Part shown: piece by piece, positions 11,243 through 25,796 of the stretch
Numbering within the stretch: the stretch's first letter is position 1
Layout: each line of letters begins with the position of its first letter
Source: Nitrososphaeria archaeon
Lineage (GTDB): Archaea > Thermoproteota > Nitrososphaeria > Nitrososphaerales > JAAOZN01
Length of the DNA: 64,000 bases
Reading direction: 5' to 3'
Assembly (NCBI GenBank): GCA_029775855.1
Contig: JARVJZ010000003.1
Span: 32,001-96,000 of the forward strand
Translations under genes and position numbers: made by a program
Notes under the pieces: generated by a model
Databases searched by the model: none
Told to the model about the DNA's origin: nothing
What the model saw: only the letters and a program-made list of their open reading frames with translations

Positions 11243-12445
11243 TTAATCTTCATCCTTCTGTGGGTTAAGGTGTGTAAAGTAGTCGGATAAAGCATCTTTT
11301 TGAGTTGAGGCATCATTTATAAGAAGCGCTTCGATCTCCTCTACAAACTCCTTATTAAAGCCTCGTGGAAGACTTGTATTTAGATCAACCAAATCTAGGG
11401 GCCAAGGTAGACCCGTCGCGGGGTTATGGAATGATTTAAAGTATGAGAGTAAAGGCTCTATATCTGTGCCGGCTTTAACCTCAAACTCAAATGGTGGTGG
11501 TTGGTTGCATCTGACAAAGTGTCTTGAGGTGCCTATTATGCGTTCAACAGCGTACTCCAAAGATTTGTGAATAGAGTGCGACACACTACGCTTCGCTTTA
11601 TCATATAGTTGTTCTATATTTCTAACCTTCTTCTCAGACAGCACTGCATAATTGTAGAGTGACTTTATCTGAGCGTAAAAGTTGTATGCTTCTGGGCGTT
11701 CAAATAACCATTCATATGAAAAGTAATGTTTTGGCGGTAGAAGCGCCGTTAGAATGTGCTTGTCATTTGCGCCTACACACATATTGGGGTCTCTATATTT
11801 GTAGAGGAGCCAGCCGTCTATTGCGGTAGATCGGCTTCTTTTTATTACTCCTACTGCTTTTCGCGAGTCCATTAGGGCTAAAGTCTTATCTCTTATGTTT
11901 GAAATCAACTCTCTTCCGAATCTGTATCCATCGACACCTAAAATTTCTTCTCTGACTTTGTATGCAGCGGCTCTAAAGCCAAAGAAACTCCCATCTAGTA
12001 TAACCCAATCTACATCCATTTTTTTGAGGCATGTATATGCAAGTTCTCGTTCAAGGTTAAGCCTCAAAAGCTCAAGTAGGGTTAAGGTGTTGCTGTATCC
12101 TTCGCTCTGCTCCGCTGTGTAGCATCTTGATATGTAGCCTTCATCCACTTGCCGCTTTCCTTCAAATATAAGATATGAAGCGCAGTATGTCCCAACTCTT
12201 ATACCTAATCTCTCACTCGTAGTTGGAGAGTTAGAGCCATCTACCACCAAAACTCTCCAATTTAACCATTCGTCAGAATCTAGAATAGGCTTACCCTTTA
12301 CTACCGAGCTCAAACTTCTTATCTTCTGCTGCATACGCTGCATTCTTGCTTTGCATCTTCTAGCCTCCTCTTCAGCAAGCTTAAAGAATTGATGTTGTAG
12401 CGGTGGTGGGAGCTTAAACCAACTACTCTCTTTGTCGTTAAGCAA
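11243..12445 (-). CDS. NurA-family 5'-3' nuclease
   Basis: VVDGSN and ILDGSF catalytic aspartates, VGVIKRSRS, and C-terminal GLPWPLDLVD. Confidence 0.8.
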   Translation of the reverse strand: MLNDKESSWFKLPPPLQHQFFKLAEEEARRCKARMQRMQQKIRSLSSVVKGKPILDSDEWLNWRVLVVDGSNSPTTSERLGIRVGTYCASYLIFEGKRQVDEGYISRCYTAEQSEGYSNTLTLLELLRLNLERELAYTCLKKMDVDWVILDGSFFGFRAAAYKVREEILGVDGYRFGRELISNIRDKTLALMDSRKAVGVIKRSRSTAIDGWLLYKYRDPNMCVGANDKHILTALLPPKHYFSYEWLFERPEAYNFYAQIKSLYNYAVLSEKKVRNIEQLYDKAKRSVSHSIHKSLEYAVERIIGTSRHFVRCNQPPPFEFEVKAGTDIEPLLSYFKSFHNPATGLPWPLDLVDLNTSLPRGFNKEFVEEIEALLINDASTQKDALSDYFTHLNPQKDED

Positions 12446-12446
12446 C

Positions 12447-13874
12447 CTACTTTACCTCAAATGTGATGAGCAGAGGTATAGGAGATGGATTCATGTTACC
12501 CATAAAATAGAAGTGTCCTGGCGGTAGCGAAAGCAAGAACTTTGGGTCTATGTTGAACGGCGAAAGCCAGTTTCCAGCCTCATTTATGTCCAGTGGATGA
12601 ATCTTTCCTACAAACTGAGTGTTCAGATTCCTCCGCACAGCCGCATTTATGCCTATTTCACCAGCTATACCTTGAGACAGTATGCAAATGCAGAGCCTAT
12701 GAGAGCGCCCGAGAGCGCATAAATCTATGATAATATCCGTAGTTTCCCTTTGTATACCATCTGGGTTAAATGGGCAATATTGAGGTCCCTCATCTATAAC
12801 TAGAGCGAGGTTTAGGTCTTCATCGTTCTGCATCAGATCCATTATATATCGAGCGAAGGTCAAGAAGACAGAGAGCTTCTCATCTTTACCCGTCTTCTTC
12901 ATATCAACGATGATGAGCCTACGCTCCTTAACTAGACGAAGTATGTCTTCAGCACTAAGGGTGCCTAGAATAGTTTGGATATCACTGTCCTTCAGCCTAC
13001 GATAACCCCTCTCAAAACGCTGCTGGTCTTCGAAGGGTTTACCTGAGCCTAAGTTTTTTGGATTTAAAGATTTAGTTATGCTTGTGTATAGAACTCTTCT
13101 AAACTCCGCTACACTTAACCCACGCCAACTTTCTGAATATACGAACTCCTCTAGAGCTTGTGTAACCGTGCCTCTTGCCTGCTGACCCGAGTATCCGAAG
13201 CTACCCATCTTCTTACAGAGGTATGAGACAACAGTCTCAGGATCTAAAGCTATATCAGATATGCCTATAATATTCTGCTTCTGATAGTAAGGAGCGTAGT
13301 CACGACCCTTCCAATCCAAGACCAGAACATCAAACCCTGCGTCAAGAAACATTGGTATCAGCTGAAAACGCGCCAAAAACGACTTACCACCACCAGTAGA
13401 AGCGAACACACCTATGTGATAAGGGATAAATGTTTCATCAACAGGGACAAGCCAACCAGGATGCCCCTCATAGTAGCCTACCGTATATCTATGCCTTGCA
13501 CCTGCTAGATAACGCATCGGGTCATCCTTATCTTCGAAAAGATAGACGATTGAGCCTGGGGCAAGTATCTTTTTGTTCTGCTCTATAGTCTCTTTAACTT
13601 CGCCTATAACTGATAATGTGAAGTCATAGGTTTCCTTGGCTGTAGATGGGGGGCCTCCTGCTCTAGCGTAGGCTACCCCTGGGTTATAGCCTCCAGGTTT
13701 AAGGTTTTCGTTGATGCCTCTTCCTCTTCTTAAGACTGCAAGTATCTTGCCTTCGTTCCTATTGTCTACTAGCACAAGGTCTTCTACTTTAACTCTCTTT
13801 TCTTCGGATTGATTAAGTATGACTCTGGCTTCGTTTTCAGAAGATTCACTGGCTATTAGCCCTATTGGTCTCAT
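12447..13874 (-). CDS. HerA/FtsK-family ATPase with N-terminal HAS barrel
   Basis: HIGVFASTGGGKS Walker A, LVIDEG Walker B, LGRSH..ILSQ arginine/Q motifs, NLNTQF. Confidence 0.85.
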   Translation of the reverse strand: MRPIGLIASESSENEARVILNQSEEKRVKVEDLVLVDNRNEGKILAVLRRGRGINENLKPGGYNPGVAYARAGGPPSTAKETYDFTLSVIGEVKETIEQNKKILAPGSIVYLFEDKDDPMRYLAGARHRYTVGYYEGHPGWLVPVDETFIPYHIGVFASTGGGKSFLARFQLIPMFLDAGFDVLVLDWKGRDYAPYYQKQNIIGISDIALDPETVVSYLCKKMGSFGYSGQQARGTVTQALEEFVYSESWRGLSVAEFRRVLYTSITKSLNPKNLGSGKPFEDQQRFERGYRRLKDSDIQTILGTLSAEDILRLVKERRLIIVDMKKTGKDEKLSVFLTFARYIMDLMQNDEDLNLALVIDEGPQYCPFNPDGIQRETTDIIIDLCALGRSHRLCICILSQGIAGEIGINAAVRRNLNTQFVGKIHPLDINEAGNWLSPFNIDPKFLLSLPPGHFYFMGNMNPSPIPLLITFEVK

Positions 13875-13884
13875 CTGCTGCCGC

Positions 13885-15600
13885 CTACTCTGATTTTAGA
13901 AGCGAGGTAAGTAGGCTGCTTCTTGTAGCTATTAGAAGCTGGGTCTTCATCTTCAACCCTTTTAAGATCGTAGCTAACCCATTTATCCCAGATTCATCTA
14001 AACCCTCTTCAGGCTCATCTAATAGGAGTAGGGGTGCTCTCTCTAACTCGTTTACCGCTAGTAGAAGAGCAAAGCTTAAGGCTACATTTTCTCCAGTGCT
14101 CATTTGATGCGCATAGATCCAAGTGTCATCTACCTTACCCTTAAGGAATAGCACCTCTTGCCCCCTTACTACCCTACTTTCAAAATCTATGTCTTTGAAA
14201 CGCTCGTATGGATAAATTCTTTTGAAGATTTCCTTAAATGACGATTTGAGCGAAGTAAGGCGTTCACTCCTAGCTTCATTTATAGATTCAATGAGTGTAG
14301 CTTTTATATGTTTGAGCTTCTCAGCAAGATTTTTAAGATTTATGAGCTTCTGCTGTAAAACAGCTTTGTCTTGTGAACCTATCTGAGCTAGAGCCGCCTC
14401 GTATGCTTCTCTCTGCTCTTCTAGGCTGCTTAACCTACTCTCAAGCTGCTCTATCTCTCGCCTAGTTTCCTCTGCTTCCTTTAGCAGCTGTGTTGCTTTC
14501 GATAAATCTTCTTCCGATACGGGTTGCACCTTATATTTCGAAACCTCTGCTTCTAGCTTGCTTATCTGAGTTTCGATGAATCTCCTCTGCTCTAGACCTC
14601 TTCGATACTCCTCTACCTCTTTACTCTTCTGCGCAAGACGGCTCTGCAAGATATTATACTCTTCTATAACCTTCCTATATTCATCTTCAAGATGCTTAAA
14701 GCCTTCAAGAGCCTCTTTCGTCAAAGGAGCATTACAAAGAGGGCAAGTCTGAACATTCATATTCCTCTGCAGATCTATCATCTGTATAGAAGCCTCCAGT
14801 ACAGCTATCCTTCTGTTAAGCGCATCATTCCTAGCCTCCATCTCCCTTAACTCATCCTCAAACCCCTCAGAAGGCTCTGGCAAGGTCTTAAGCTGCATCC
14901 GATAATCCTCAAGCATCTTAACTCGACTTTGCAACTCCAGCTCAGCCCTCCTAACCTCCTCAGCCCTACGTTGAACACCTTCAGCCCAATTTAGCATAGT
15001 GCTATTCATCATATGCTTAAGACGAAGGGTTGCAAGCCTATCTTTGATCTGCTTGATCTCTGAAGCAACTTCGTTGCTCCTTTTCTGAATTTCTTCGCTT
15101 TGCTTAAGTGATGTTAGCTGTCTCTCAATATCATTTATCCTACGCTCTACTGGAGCAGCGGTTATTTCGGATGCGACTTGGTTATATCTTTCGAATCCTA
15201 GAAGCTGACTGATCTTAAGAGCCTTTTCTACTGGCGCACCCACGAAGAGCTTCGCTACCTCTCGACCATCTACAAATATCTTTGAAGAGATGTTAAGCGG
15301 TTCTGGTAGATTCGTCTTTACAGAAACAGAGCCCCCACGCTTCTTTCTCCTCTCGATATAAAAAGGTAAATCGTTGATGCGTCCTTCTACCCTAACCCAC
15401 ATATATTCGTATGAAGTGTTAATAAGATCGTCCAAAACCATATTTGAAGGAGCTTCACCAGAAAGCGCAAAGAGAACAGCAAGAAGGCGTGAAGTCTTAC
15501 CAGAACCCATACTACCCGAAAAGACCGTCAAATCATCTAGAACAAATTCATCCTCTTTAAGACCTCGAAAACCATAAAGTTTAACCTTTTCCAGCCTCAG
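13885..15600 (-). CDS. short SMC/Rad50-like ATPase with central zinc hook (571 aa, probable CTG start)
   Basis: in-frame N-terminal extension (M)RLEKVKLYGFRGL beyond the ORF track; GSMGSGKT Walker A, coiled coils around CPLC, MSTGE signature, LLLLDEPEEGLD; GGAGG upstream of the CTG. Confidence 0.85.
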   Translation of the reverse strand: MRLEKVKLYGFRGLKEDEFVLDDLTVFSGSMGSGKTSRLLAVLFALSGEAPSNMVLDDLINTSYEYMWVRVEGRINDLPFYIERRKKRGGSVSVKTNLPEPLNISSKIFVDGREVAKLFVGAPVEKALKISQLLGFERYNQVASEITAAPVERRINDIERQLTSLKQSEEIQKRSNEVASEIKQIKDRLATLRLKHMMNSTMLNWAEGVQRRAEEVRRAELELQSRVKMLEDYRMQLKTLPEPSEGFEDELREMEARNDALNRRIAVLEASIQMIDLQRNMNVQTCPLCNAPLTKEALEGFKHLEDEYRKVIEEYNILQSRLAQKSKEVEEYRRGLEQRRFIETQISKLEAEVSKYKVQPVSEEDLSKATQLLKEAEETRREIEQLESRLSSLEEQREAYEAALAQIGSQDKAVLQQKLINLKNLAEKLKHIKATLIESINEARSERLTSLKSSFKEIFKRIYPYERFKDIDFESRVVRGQEVLFLKGKVDDTWIYAHQMSTGENVALSFALLLAVNELERAPLLLLDEPEEGLDESGINGLATILKGLKMKTQLLIATRSSLLTSLLKSE

Positions 15601-15734
15601 ACTTCTTCTGCCTCCTCCATCAGCCTAACTATAATATCTCTAATCTTACTTGTTGGAGTCTTAAGAAATAGTTCTAAAAGAGCATACTCCTCTTCACTCA
15701 ACCTCTGCCTCAACTTTGCCTCAACAAGGTCCAA
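15597..15734 (-). CDS. unannotated 45-aa acidic helical protein (MDLVEAKLRQRLSEEEYALLELFLKTPTSKIRDIIVRLMEEAEEV)
   Basis: TTG start after AGGTGG; its TGA stop overlaps the CTG start of the SMC-like gene (CTGA). Confidence 0.7.
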   Translation of the reverse strand: MDLVEAKLRQRLSEEEYALLELFLKTPTSKIRDIIVRLMEEAEEV

Positions 15735-15787
15735 CCGACAGACCACCTAGCTTGAATGAAATTCTTTCCCTATCTACAACAAAGCAA

Positions 15788-15803
15788 TACTTAAAGGTTC
15801 TTT
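15788..15803 (-). promoter_or_regulatory. BRE/TATA promoter of the SMC-HerA-NurA operon
   Basis: minus strand reads AAAGAACC-TTTAAGTA upstream of the 45-aa ORF. Confidence 0.55.
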
Positions 15804-15854
15804 ACCAGTCGAGTCGAAGCTCGAATTTTCTGCACCCACACAAAGAAGCACACT

Positions 15855-16187
15855 CTATTTACCACTTAACTTAAGAAGAAGCTCAATATATCTTTCTAGC
15901 AGATCAAGCAGATCCTTTTGCCGCTCTATAGAGCGTTCATCCCTCAAAGCAAACGCTACTTCAAGAGCCTTAGTCTCTATAATCTCTTTGAGTGAAGGTA
16001 ATTTAGCTTCAAGTTGAAGGGTAGCAGCACTCTCATCTTTCGCTAATCCACAGACTATACAACTAACTTCACCTCTATACTTAATCTGAACACCACCACA
16101 CTTTGGGCAAGGCTCACGCAAAAGAGTAGCACCCTTCCTCAGCATTTCAGAAGCCGCAGCAAGCCGCTCCCTTGACACCGCAACCAT
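15855..16187 (-). CDS. UPF0148/autoantigen-p27-like Zn-ribbon protein
   Basis: MLRKGATLLREPCPKCG...CIVCG followed by a helical C-terminus. Confidence 0.85.
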   Translation of the reverse strand: MVAVSRERLAAASEMLRKGATLLREPCPKCGGVQIKYRGEVSCIVCGLAKDESAATLQLEAKLPSLKEIIETKALEVAFALRDERSIERQKDLLDLLERYIELLLKLSGK

Positions 16188-16302
16188 TCAACCACCATAC
16201 ATCAAACTCGTTATTTTAATGTTATGCATAGCGTTAACAGAAAAGTTAATTATGAGTGTTAAACTTAACAAGGAAGCAGATTATCAAAGAGGTGGAAACA
16301 AC

Positions 16303-16578
16303 TTGAGCGCCAAAAAGAAGAAGGAAAACCTAGAGAAACTCCAGAAAGCTATAACAACACTACAACAAGTAGCAGAAAGCACAATAACCCCAAGAAACAT
16401 CAGAAAGCTCGTCAAAGACGCTATAGCTATGCTACAAGATGAAGAAACAGCCATATCAGTAAGAGCAGCCAACGCAATAAGCATCCTAGACGAAGTCTCC
16501 CAAGACCCTAACATGCCATCATTTTCAAGAGTAACCATATGGTCTGCAGTCTCAACCTTAGAAAGCATAAGAGAATAA
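16303..16578 (+). CDS. UPF0147 family protein
   Basis: TPRNIR, RAANAISILDEVSQDPNMP..R..IW; start moved to the TTG after GAGGTG. Confidence 0.88.
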   Translation: MSAKKKKENLEKLQKAITTLQQVAESTITPRNIRKLVKDAIAMLQDEETAISVRAANAISILDEVSQDPNMPSFSRVTIWSAVSTLESIRE

Positions 16579-16588
16579 ACAAGCATCC

Positions 16589-17668
16589 CTAAAGGATGTC
16601 ACGTAGAGCATCTAAAAGAGCGTTGTTATCCTCAGGCAAACCAACCGAGACACGTAAACATCGACTAAGAGCGGGATCTTCAAGTCTCCTTAACACAAAC
16701 CCCCGCCTCAAAAGCTCATAATAAACCTCATCTCTATCTCTTTCTAAAAACTCGAGCAAGAAGAAATTAGCAGCACTCGGATAAACCCTCACACCACGTA
16801 TCTTACTTATTTCAGAAACTAGACGAGAACGCTCAGCCAAAGTATCTCTAACCCTCAACCGAACCCATTCAACATCATCTAATGCCAACTCAGCCAACCT
16901 CAACGTAACTACATCAACACTATTGGGAGGCCTAACCTTGTTAAGCACATCAACAGTTTCCCTACAAGCAACAATATAGCCAAGCCTAGCACCAGCAAGC
17001 CCAAACGCTTTAGAAAAAGTACGTACAACCATCAAATTACTGTAGCTTTCAGCTAACTTAACAGACGACTCACCCCCGTACTCTTGATAAGCCTCATCGA
17101 CCACCACACCGACATCACACTCATTAAGAATACGCACCAAATCGTCTCTCCCAATAACATTGCCAGTAGGATTATTAGGGCTGCAAAGAAAGATAAGCCT
17201 AGTCCTATTATTCACAGCCTTAATTAAACCATCGACATCATCCAAAAAACCCACTTTACGAGGCACAGAAACAACTTTTGCACCCATAATCTCACTAACA
17301 ACCCTATACATCGAATAAGTAGGGCTAGAAACTATTGCTTCACAACCATCTTCAAGATACACTTTAGAGATTATATCAAACGCCTCATCCCCCCCATTAG
17401 CTATAACAAAACAATCCTCACCAACACCCAGATAACTAGCCAATCCTCTACGCAAAGCACTGTAAGAGGTATCAGGATAACGATGCACAGCGAGCTCCTC
17501 AAGTTCACCAGCAACCTTCTTCAACCAATGCGAAGGTTTATACGGCGAAGTATTGAGATCAAAACGCCTAATCCTAGAGACATCCAAACCAACGGAAGCA
17601 GCTATCTCAAAATCAGAAGGCTCCCAAGCATAAGCTCTAAACGAATTAATAAACGCTCTAAACCGCAT
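16589..17668 (-). CDS. hisC: histidinol-phosphate aminotransferase
   Basis: RYPD, CSPNNPTG, VDEAY, RTFSKAFGLAGARLG; start placed at the ATG about 25 nt after GAAAGATTATAT. Confidence 0.88.
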   Translation of the reverse strand: MRFRAFINSFRAYAWEPSDFEIAASVGLDVSRIRRFDLNTSPYKPSHWLKKVAGELEELAVHRYPDTSYSALRRGLASYLGVGEDCFVIANGGDEAFDIISKVYLEDGCEAIVSSPTYSMYRVVSEIMGAKVVSVPRKVGFLDDVDGLIKAVNNRTRLIFLCSPNNPTGNVIGRDDLVRILNECDVGVVVDEAYQEYGGESSVKLAESYSNLMVVRTFSKAFGLAGARLGYIVACRETVDVLNKVRPPNSVDVVTLRLAELALDDVEWVRLRVRDTLAERSRLVSEISKIRGVRVYPSAANFFLLEFLERDRDEVYYELLRRGFVLRRLEDPALSRCLRVSVGLPEDNNALLDALRDIL

Positions 17669-17719
17669 AAACACAACATAAACAAACCACCCCATATAAT
17701 CTTTCCCAAACACAACAGA

Positions 17720-20838
<3,119 letters not shown>

Positions 20839-20909
20839 ATAATCGCAGGTGCGTTTCACCTGCTTCGCCCTTCACCCATCAAGATACCTTGATGAGTTGC
20901 ATCTACTTT

Positions 20910-22508
<1,599 letters not shown>

Positions 22509-22652
22509 TACATCAGATTCAACAATTGTCTGTTGAATCTTCATTTCTGTTAGCGCGTCTGGAGGTCTATAGTGCATCGCTTGGGTTTAACCCATGTGCT
22601 AACTATAGACGCCGCCTTGCGACGCGCAAATACTTAGTAGGTGTTAGACATA

Positions 22653-22670
22653 GATATAAGTGTTTACTTT
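22653..22670 (-). promoter_or_regulatory. rRNA operon promoter (BRE-TATA)
   Basis: minus strand reads AAAGTAAACA-CTTATATC, followed by a leader hairpin at 22553-22627. Confidence 0.65.
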
Positions 22671-22671
22671 T

Positions 22672-23604
22672 TTAGTCTGTGAGTAGGTGGTGTAGTATTG
22701 CTTTTTGTGTGTGTAGTCTGTTTTCAGCTTCTTCCCAGACTACTGACCATCTTCCGTCTATTACGGTGTCTGTGACTTCTTCTCCTCTGTGTGCTGGTAG
22801 GCAGTGCATGAATATAGCATCGGGTTTGGCTTGGGTCATTAGGTATTCATTTACTTGATATTTAGGTAGGAATATGCGTAGTCTTTGATCTCTTTCGTCG
22901 TCTTTTCCCATAGAGACGTATGTGTCTGTCATTACAACATCAGCTTCTGAGACTGCTTCTATGGGGTTTTCGGTTACAATGATATTCGCTTCACCGGCTT
23001 CTTTTAGTATTTCTTTTTTGGGTTGGTATGGTTTTGGGCAAGCTAATGTTAGTTTAAGATCAAGTTTTGCGCATGCTATTATAAGTGTGTTGGCTACATT
23101 GTTGTCTCCATCTCCTATCCATGCTATCTTTAAGTTGGTAAGCTTGCCTTTTGCTTCTTTTATCGTTTGGAGGTCTGCTAAGATTTGGCATGGGTGGTAG
23201 AGGTCAGACAGCCCGTTAATTACTGGGATGCTTGCGGCTTTTGCGAATCTTTCTAAATCTTTGTGGGAGATTACGCGCAGCATAGCTATGTCTACATATC
23301 TTGATAGTACTCTTGCGGTGTCTTCTATCGTTTCGCCTCTTGACAACTGCATTTCGTTTGAGTAGAGTGTGATGCTGCTTCCTCCTAGCTCTTTCATAGC
23401 AACTTCAAAGCTGATCCTTGTTCTAGTAGATGGTTTCTCAAATATTAGTGCTAATGTTTTGTCTGGTAGTGTTTTGTTGAGAATACCTTTTCGTCTTTCT
23501 TTTTTGAATTTGTCTGCTGTGTCGAGTATTGTGAGTATTTCTTCTGTCGTTAGTTCTTTCAGCGAGAGTATGTCTCTACCTTTTAGCGACATTTGCTTGT
23601 TCAT
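22672..23604 (-). CDS. argF: ornithine carbamoyltransferase
   Basis: STRTR, HPCQ, SMG and FMHCLP. Confidence 0.95.
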   Translation of the reverse strand: MNKQMSLKGRDILSLKELTTEEILTILDTADKFKKERRKGILNKTLPDKTLALIFEKPSTRTRISFEVAMKELGGSSITLYSNEMQLSRGETIEDTARVLSRYVDIAMLRVISHKDLERFAKAASIPVINGLSDLYHPCQILADLQTIKEAKGKLTNLKIAWIGDGDNNVANTLIIACAKLDLKLTLACPKPYQPKKEILKEAGEANIIVTENPIEAVSEADVVMTDTYVSMGKDDERDQRLRIFLPKYQVNEYLMTQAKPDAIFMHCLPAHRGEEVTDTVIDGRWSVVWEEAENRLHTQKAILHHLLTD

Positions 23605-23646
23605 AGTTAGCTCCGTTTTTAGGTGTATAATTGTGTTTCCGATTTG

Positions 23647-24558
23647 TTATTGTGCATTCAGTATGGATTTTATGAACTCATTTGGATCGAAGGGTTTGAG
23701 GCTGTCGTAGTTTTGTCCTGTGCCTAAGAATAGTATGGGTTTACTCGTTACGTAAACTATTGAGAGAGCTGCACCACCCTTTACATCTGCATCTACTTTG
23801 GTTAGCACTGCTGCATCGAAGTCTGTAAACTTTTGGAACTCTTTTGCTTGTGATACAGCATCATTTCCAGCTAGGGCGTCGCCAACGAATATCTTTAGAT
23901 CGGGTTTAGTTACTCTTATTATCTTCTCCATTTCATCCATTAAGTTTCTGCTTGTCTGCATCCTTCCTGCTGTATCGACTAGGACTACATCTACCTTGTG
24001 TTTTTTAGCGTAGATTACTGCGTCCTTAGCTACTGCAGCTGGATCTGCGCCGTATTTTTGCGTGATAACTTTTAGACCTAGCTTTTCTGCGTGTGTTGTT
24101 AGCTGCTCTATAGCGCCAGCTCTATGCGTGTCTGCGCAGGCTAATATGATGCTGTAGCCCTTTTGCTTTAGATAGTGGGCGAACTTGGCTATTGTTGTAG
24201 TTTTTCCTGTTCCGTTTATGCCCAAAAAGAGTATAATGTATGGTTCACCCTGTGTTTTTTTAGCTTCTATGAGAGATAGTAGGTTTATTGGCTGAGCTTT
24301 AAAGAATTCTTCTTTTATTATTGATGCTAACCTTTGTTTAAGATATTCATGTGTTGGTGTGCTTCTGCTGAGTTTTAGCCCTATGACTTCTTGTTTGATC
24401 TTTGAAGTTAGTGCTTTTACGACTTCTTCTGCTACATCGCTCTCAAGGAGAGCTATTTCAAAGTCCCATAGCGCTTTTTCAACTTCTGTTTCAGACAGAG
24501 TCTTTTGTGTTGCTAAAGTTGTTAGCGTGGAGATAGCCTTTTTTAGCTTCTCAAACAT
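23647..24558 (-). CDS. ftsY: SRP receptor FtsY
   Basis: GINGTGKTTT, DTHRAGA, DTAGR, TKVD and GTGQ. Confidence 0.95.
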   Translation of the reverse strand: MFEKLKKAISTLTTLATQKTLSETEVEKALWDFEIALLESDVAEEVVKALTSKIKQEVIGLKLSRSTPTHEYLKQRLASIIKEEFFKAQPINLLSLIEAKKTQGEPYIILFLGINGTGKTTTIAKFAHYLKQKGYSIILACADTHRAGAIEQLTTHAEKLGLKVITQKYGADPAAVAKDAVIYAKKHKVDVVLVDTAGRMQTSRNLMDEMEKIIRVTKPDLKIFVGDALAGNDAVSQAKEFQKFTDFDAAVLTKVDADVKGGAALSIVYVTSKPILFLGTGQNYDSLKPFDPNEFIKSILNAQ

Positions 24559-24564
24559 TTCTGC

Positions 24565-24993
24565 TTAACCCGTTTGTAGGCTTGCTGCCAGGTTATTTAC
24601 TTCAGCTCGGTGTGAGTTTATTTTGTTTTCGAGTTCGGTCTTCTGAGCGCTTATGTTTGACAGCGCATTTTCTAGTTCACTTATGCGTGTAGTTAGGTAG
24701 TTTAATACATATTCTTTGTTCTTCTCGATGACTACCCCTGCGCCTAAGTTAATTAGAAGAGTATCTGCTTTTGGCGATTTGACTCGCATTAGAACGCCTG
24801 CGCCCAGAGGTAATAGTATTTCTGAATCAGAGCCTTCTGGAATAGATTTAAGTGCGTTTAAGGTAGCTCTGCTATCTAAGATAGCTCTTGCTACCAATGT
24901 TTCTCTAGTAGTGAGTTCATTATAGTATGTCTCAAGGGCTCTTAGCTCTACAAGCATCCTTTGAATTTTTTCTTCTACACTCAACCCAAGCAT
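24565..24993 (-). CDS. pfdA: prefoldin alpha subunit
   Basis: EILLPLGAG and INLGAGVVIEK hairpins between coiled coils; located between eif6 and ftsY. Confidence 0.9.
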   Translation of the reverse strand: MLGLSVEEKIQRMLVELRALETYYNELTTRETLVARAILDSRATLNALKSIPEGSDSEILLPLGAGVLMRVKSPKADTLLINLGAGVVIEKNKEYVLNYLTTRISELENALSNISAQKTELENKINSHRAEVNNLAASLQTG

Positions 24994-25013
24994 TGGTGGC
25001 TCTTAACCCACAT

Positions 25014-25679
25014 TTAAACCTTGAACACTCTACTGAGAATCATCAGCTCCGGTCCTGTGGTTAGAGAGCCTACGACTGCGTTATTTTTGTTAACTAATAT
25101 GCCTGATGTGACGAATGGTACACCACCATTTATCGTTGCTGGTTCAACCTCTACTGAAAGAATTTCTGAGAGTCTTTCTAATTCTTTTTGTGAGGCTTTT
25201 GGGTGGACTGCTGCACCTTTATCCGTTGCGGTGACCATGGAGCCTACTTGCGTATATCCGGCTATTGTTAGTGTTTCCACGGGCACATCCAATATTTCCT
25301 TTACAGTTTTAAGTGATTCTGAGTGTAGGAGAGGTGAAGCTACTGCACCTTTGTTGTTGGCTGCTATGAGATTTCCTACGCTTGTATATTTACTTGGTAG
25401 TCTCGCTACTCTTAGACCGGTATCTCTGCTTAATGTTCTGATTTCTTCGTCTTCAGCTAACTTTGATACGAGTATGCCGTTGTCGTTTAGAGCTACTAAG
25501 GGGCCTAAGAGGCGTGAGCCTGCTATTGAGGTTCTAATTGGTGTCACATTTAGTAAGATGGAGAGCTTAGAGCATTTGGTTTGTGCTAGGCCTTTTGGTG
25601 TCAGTATGAATCTATTATTTGCTTTGAGGAAGACACCTATATTAGGTGACCTATAGATGTCAAGCATGTATATACCCAT
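25014..25679 (-). CDS. eif6: translation initiation factor aIF6
   Basis: SPNIGVF, VGNLIAANNKGA, TINGGVPFV.SG and TTGPEL. Confidence 0.95.
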   Translation of the reverse strand: MGIYMLDIYRSPNIGVFLKANNRFILTPKGLAQTKCSKLSILLNVTPIRTSIAGSRLLGPLVALNDNGILVSKLAEDEEIRTLSRDTGLRVARLPSKYTSVGNLIAANNKGAVASPLLHSESLKTVKEILDVPVETLTIAGYTQVGSMVTATDKGAAVHPKASQKELERLSEILSVEVEPATINGGVPFVTSGILVNKNNAVVGSLTTGPELMILSRVFKV

Positions 25680-25796
25680 GTCTTCTAGCAGCCTCTTGAT
25701 GTCAAGGTTCCTACCTCTGAGACTTTAATGTAGGTGAACTTAAGTCTTAAGGCTTAGGAGAGGGTTAAATAGATCGTATTTGCTTGGGGGATTGGT

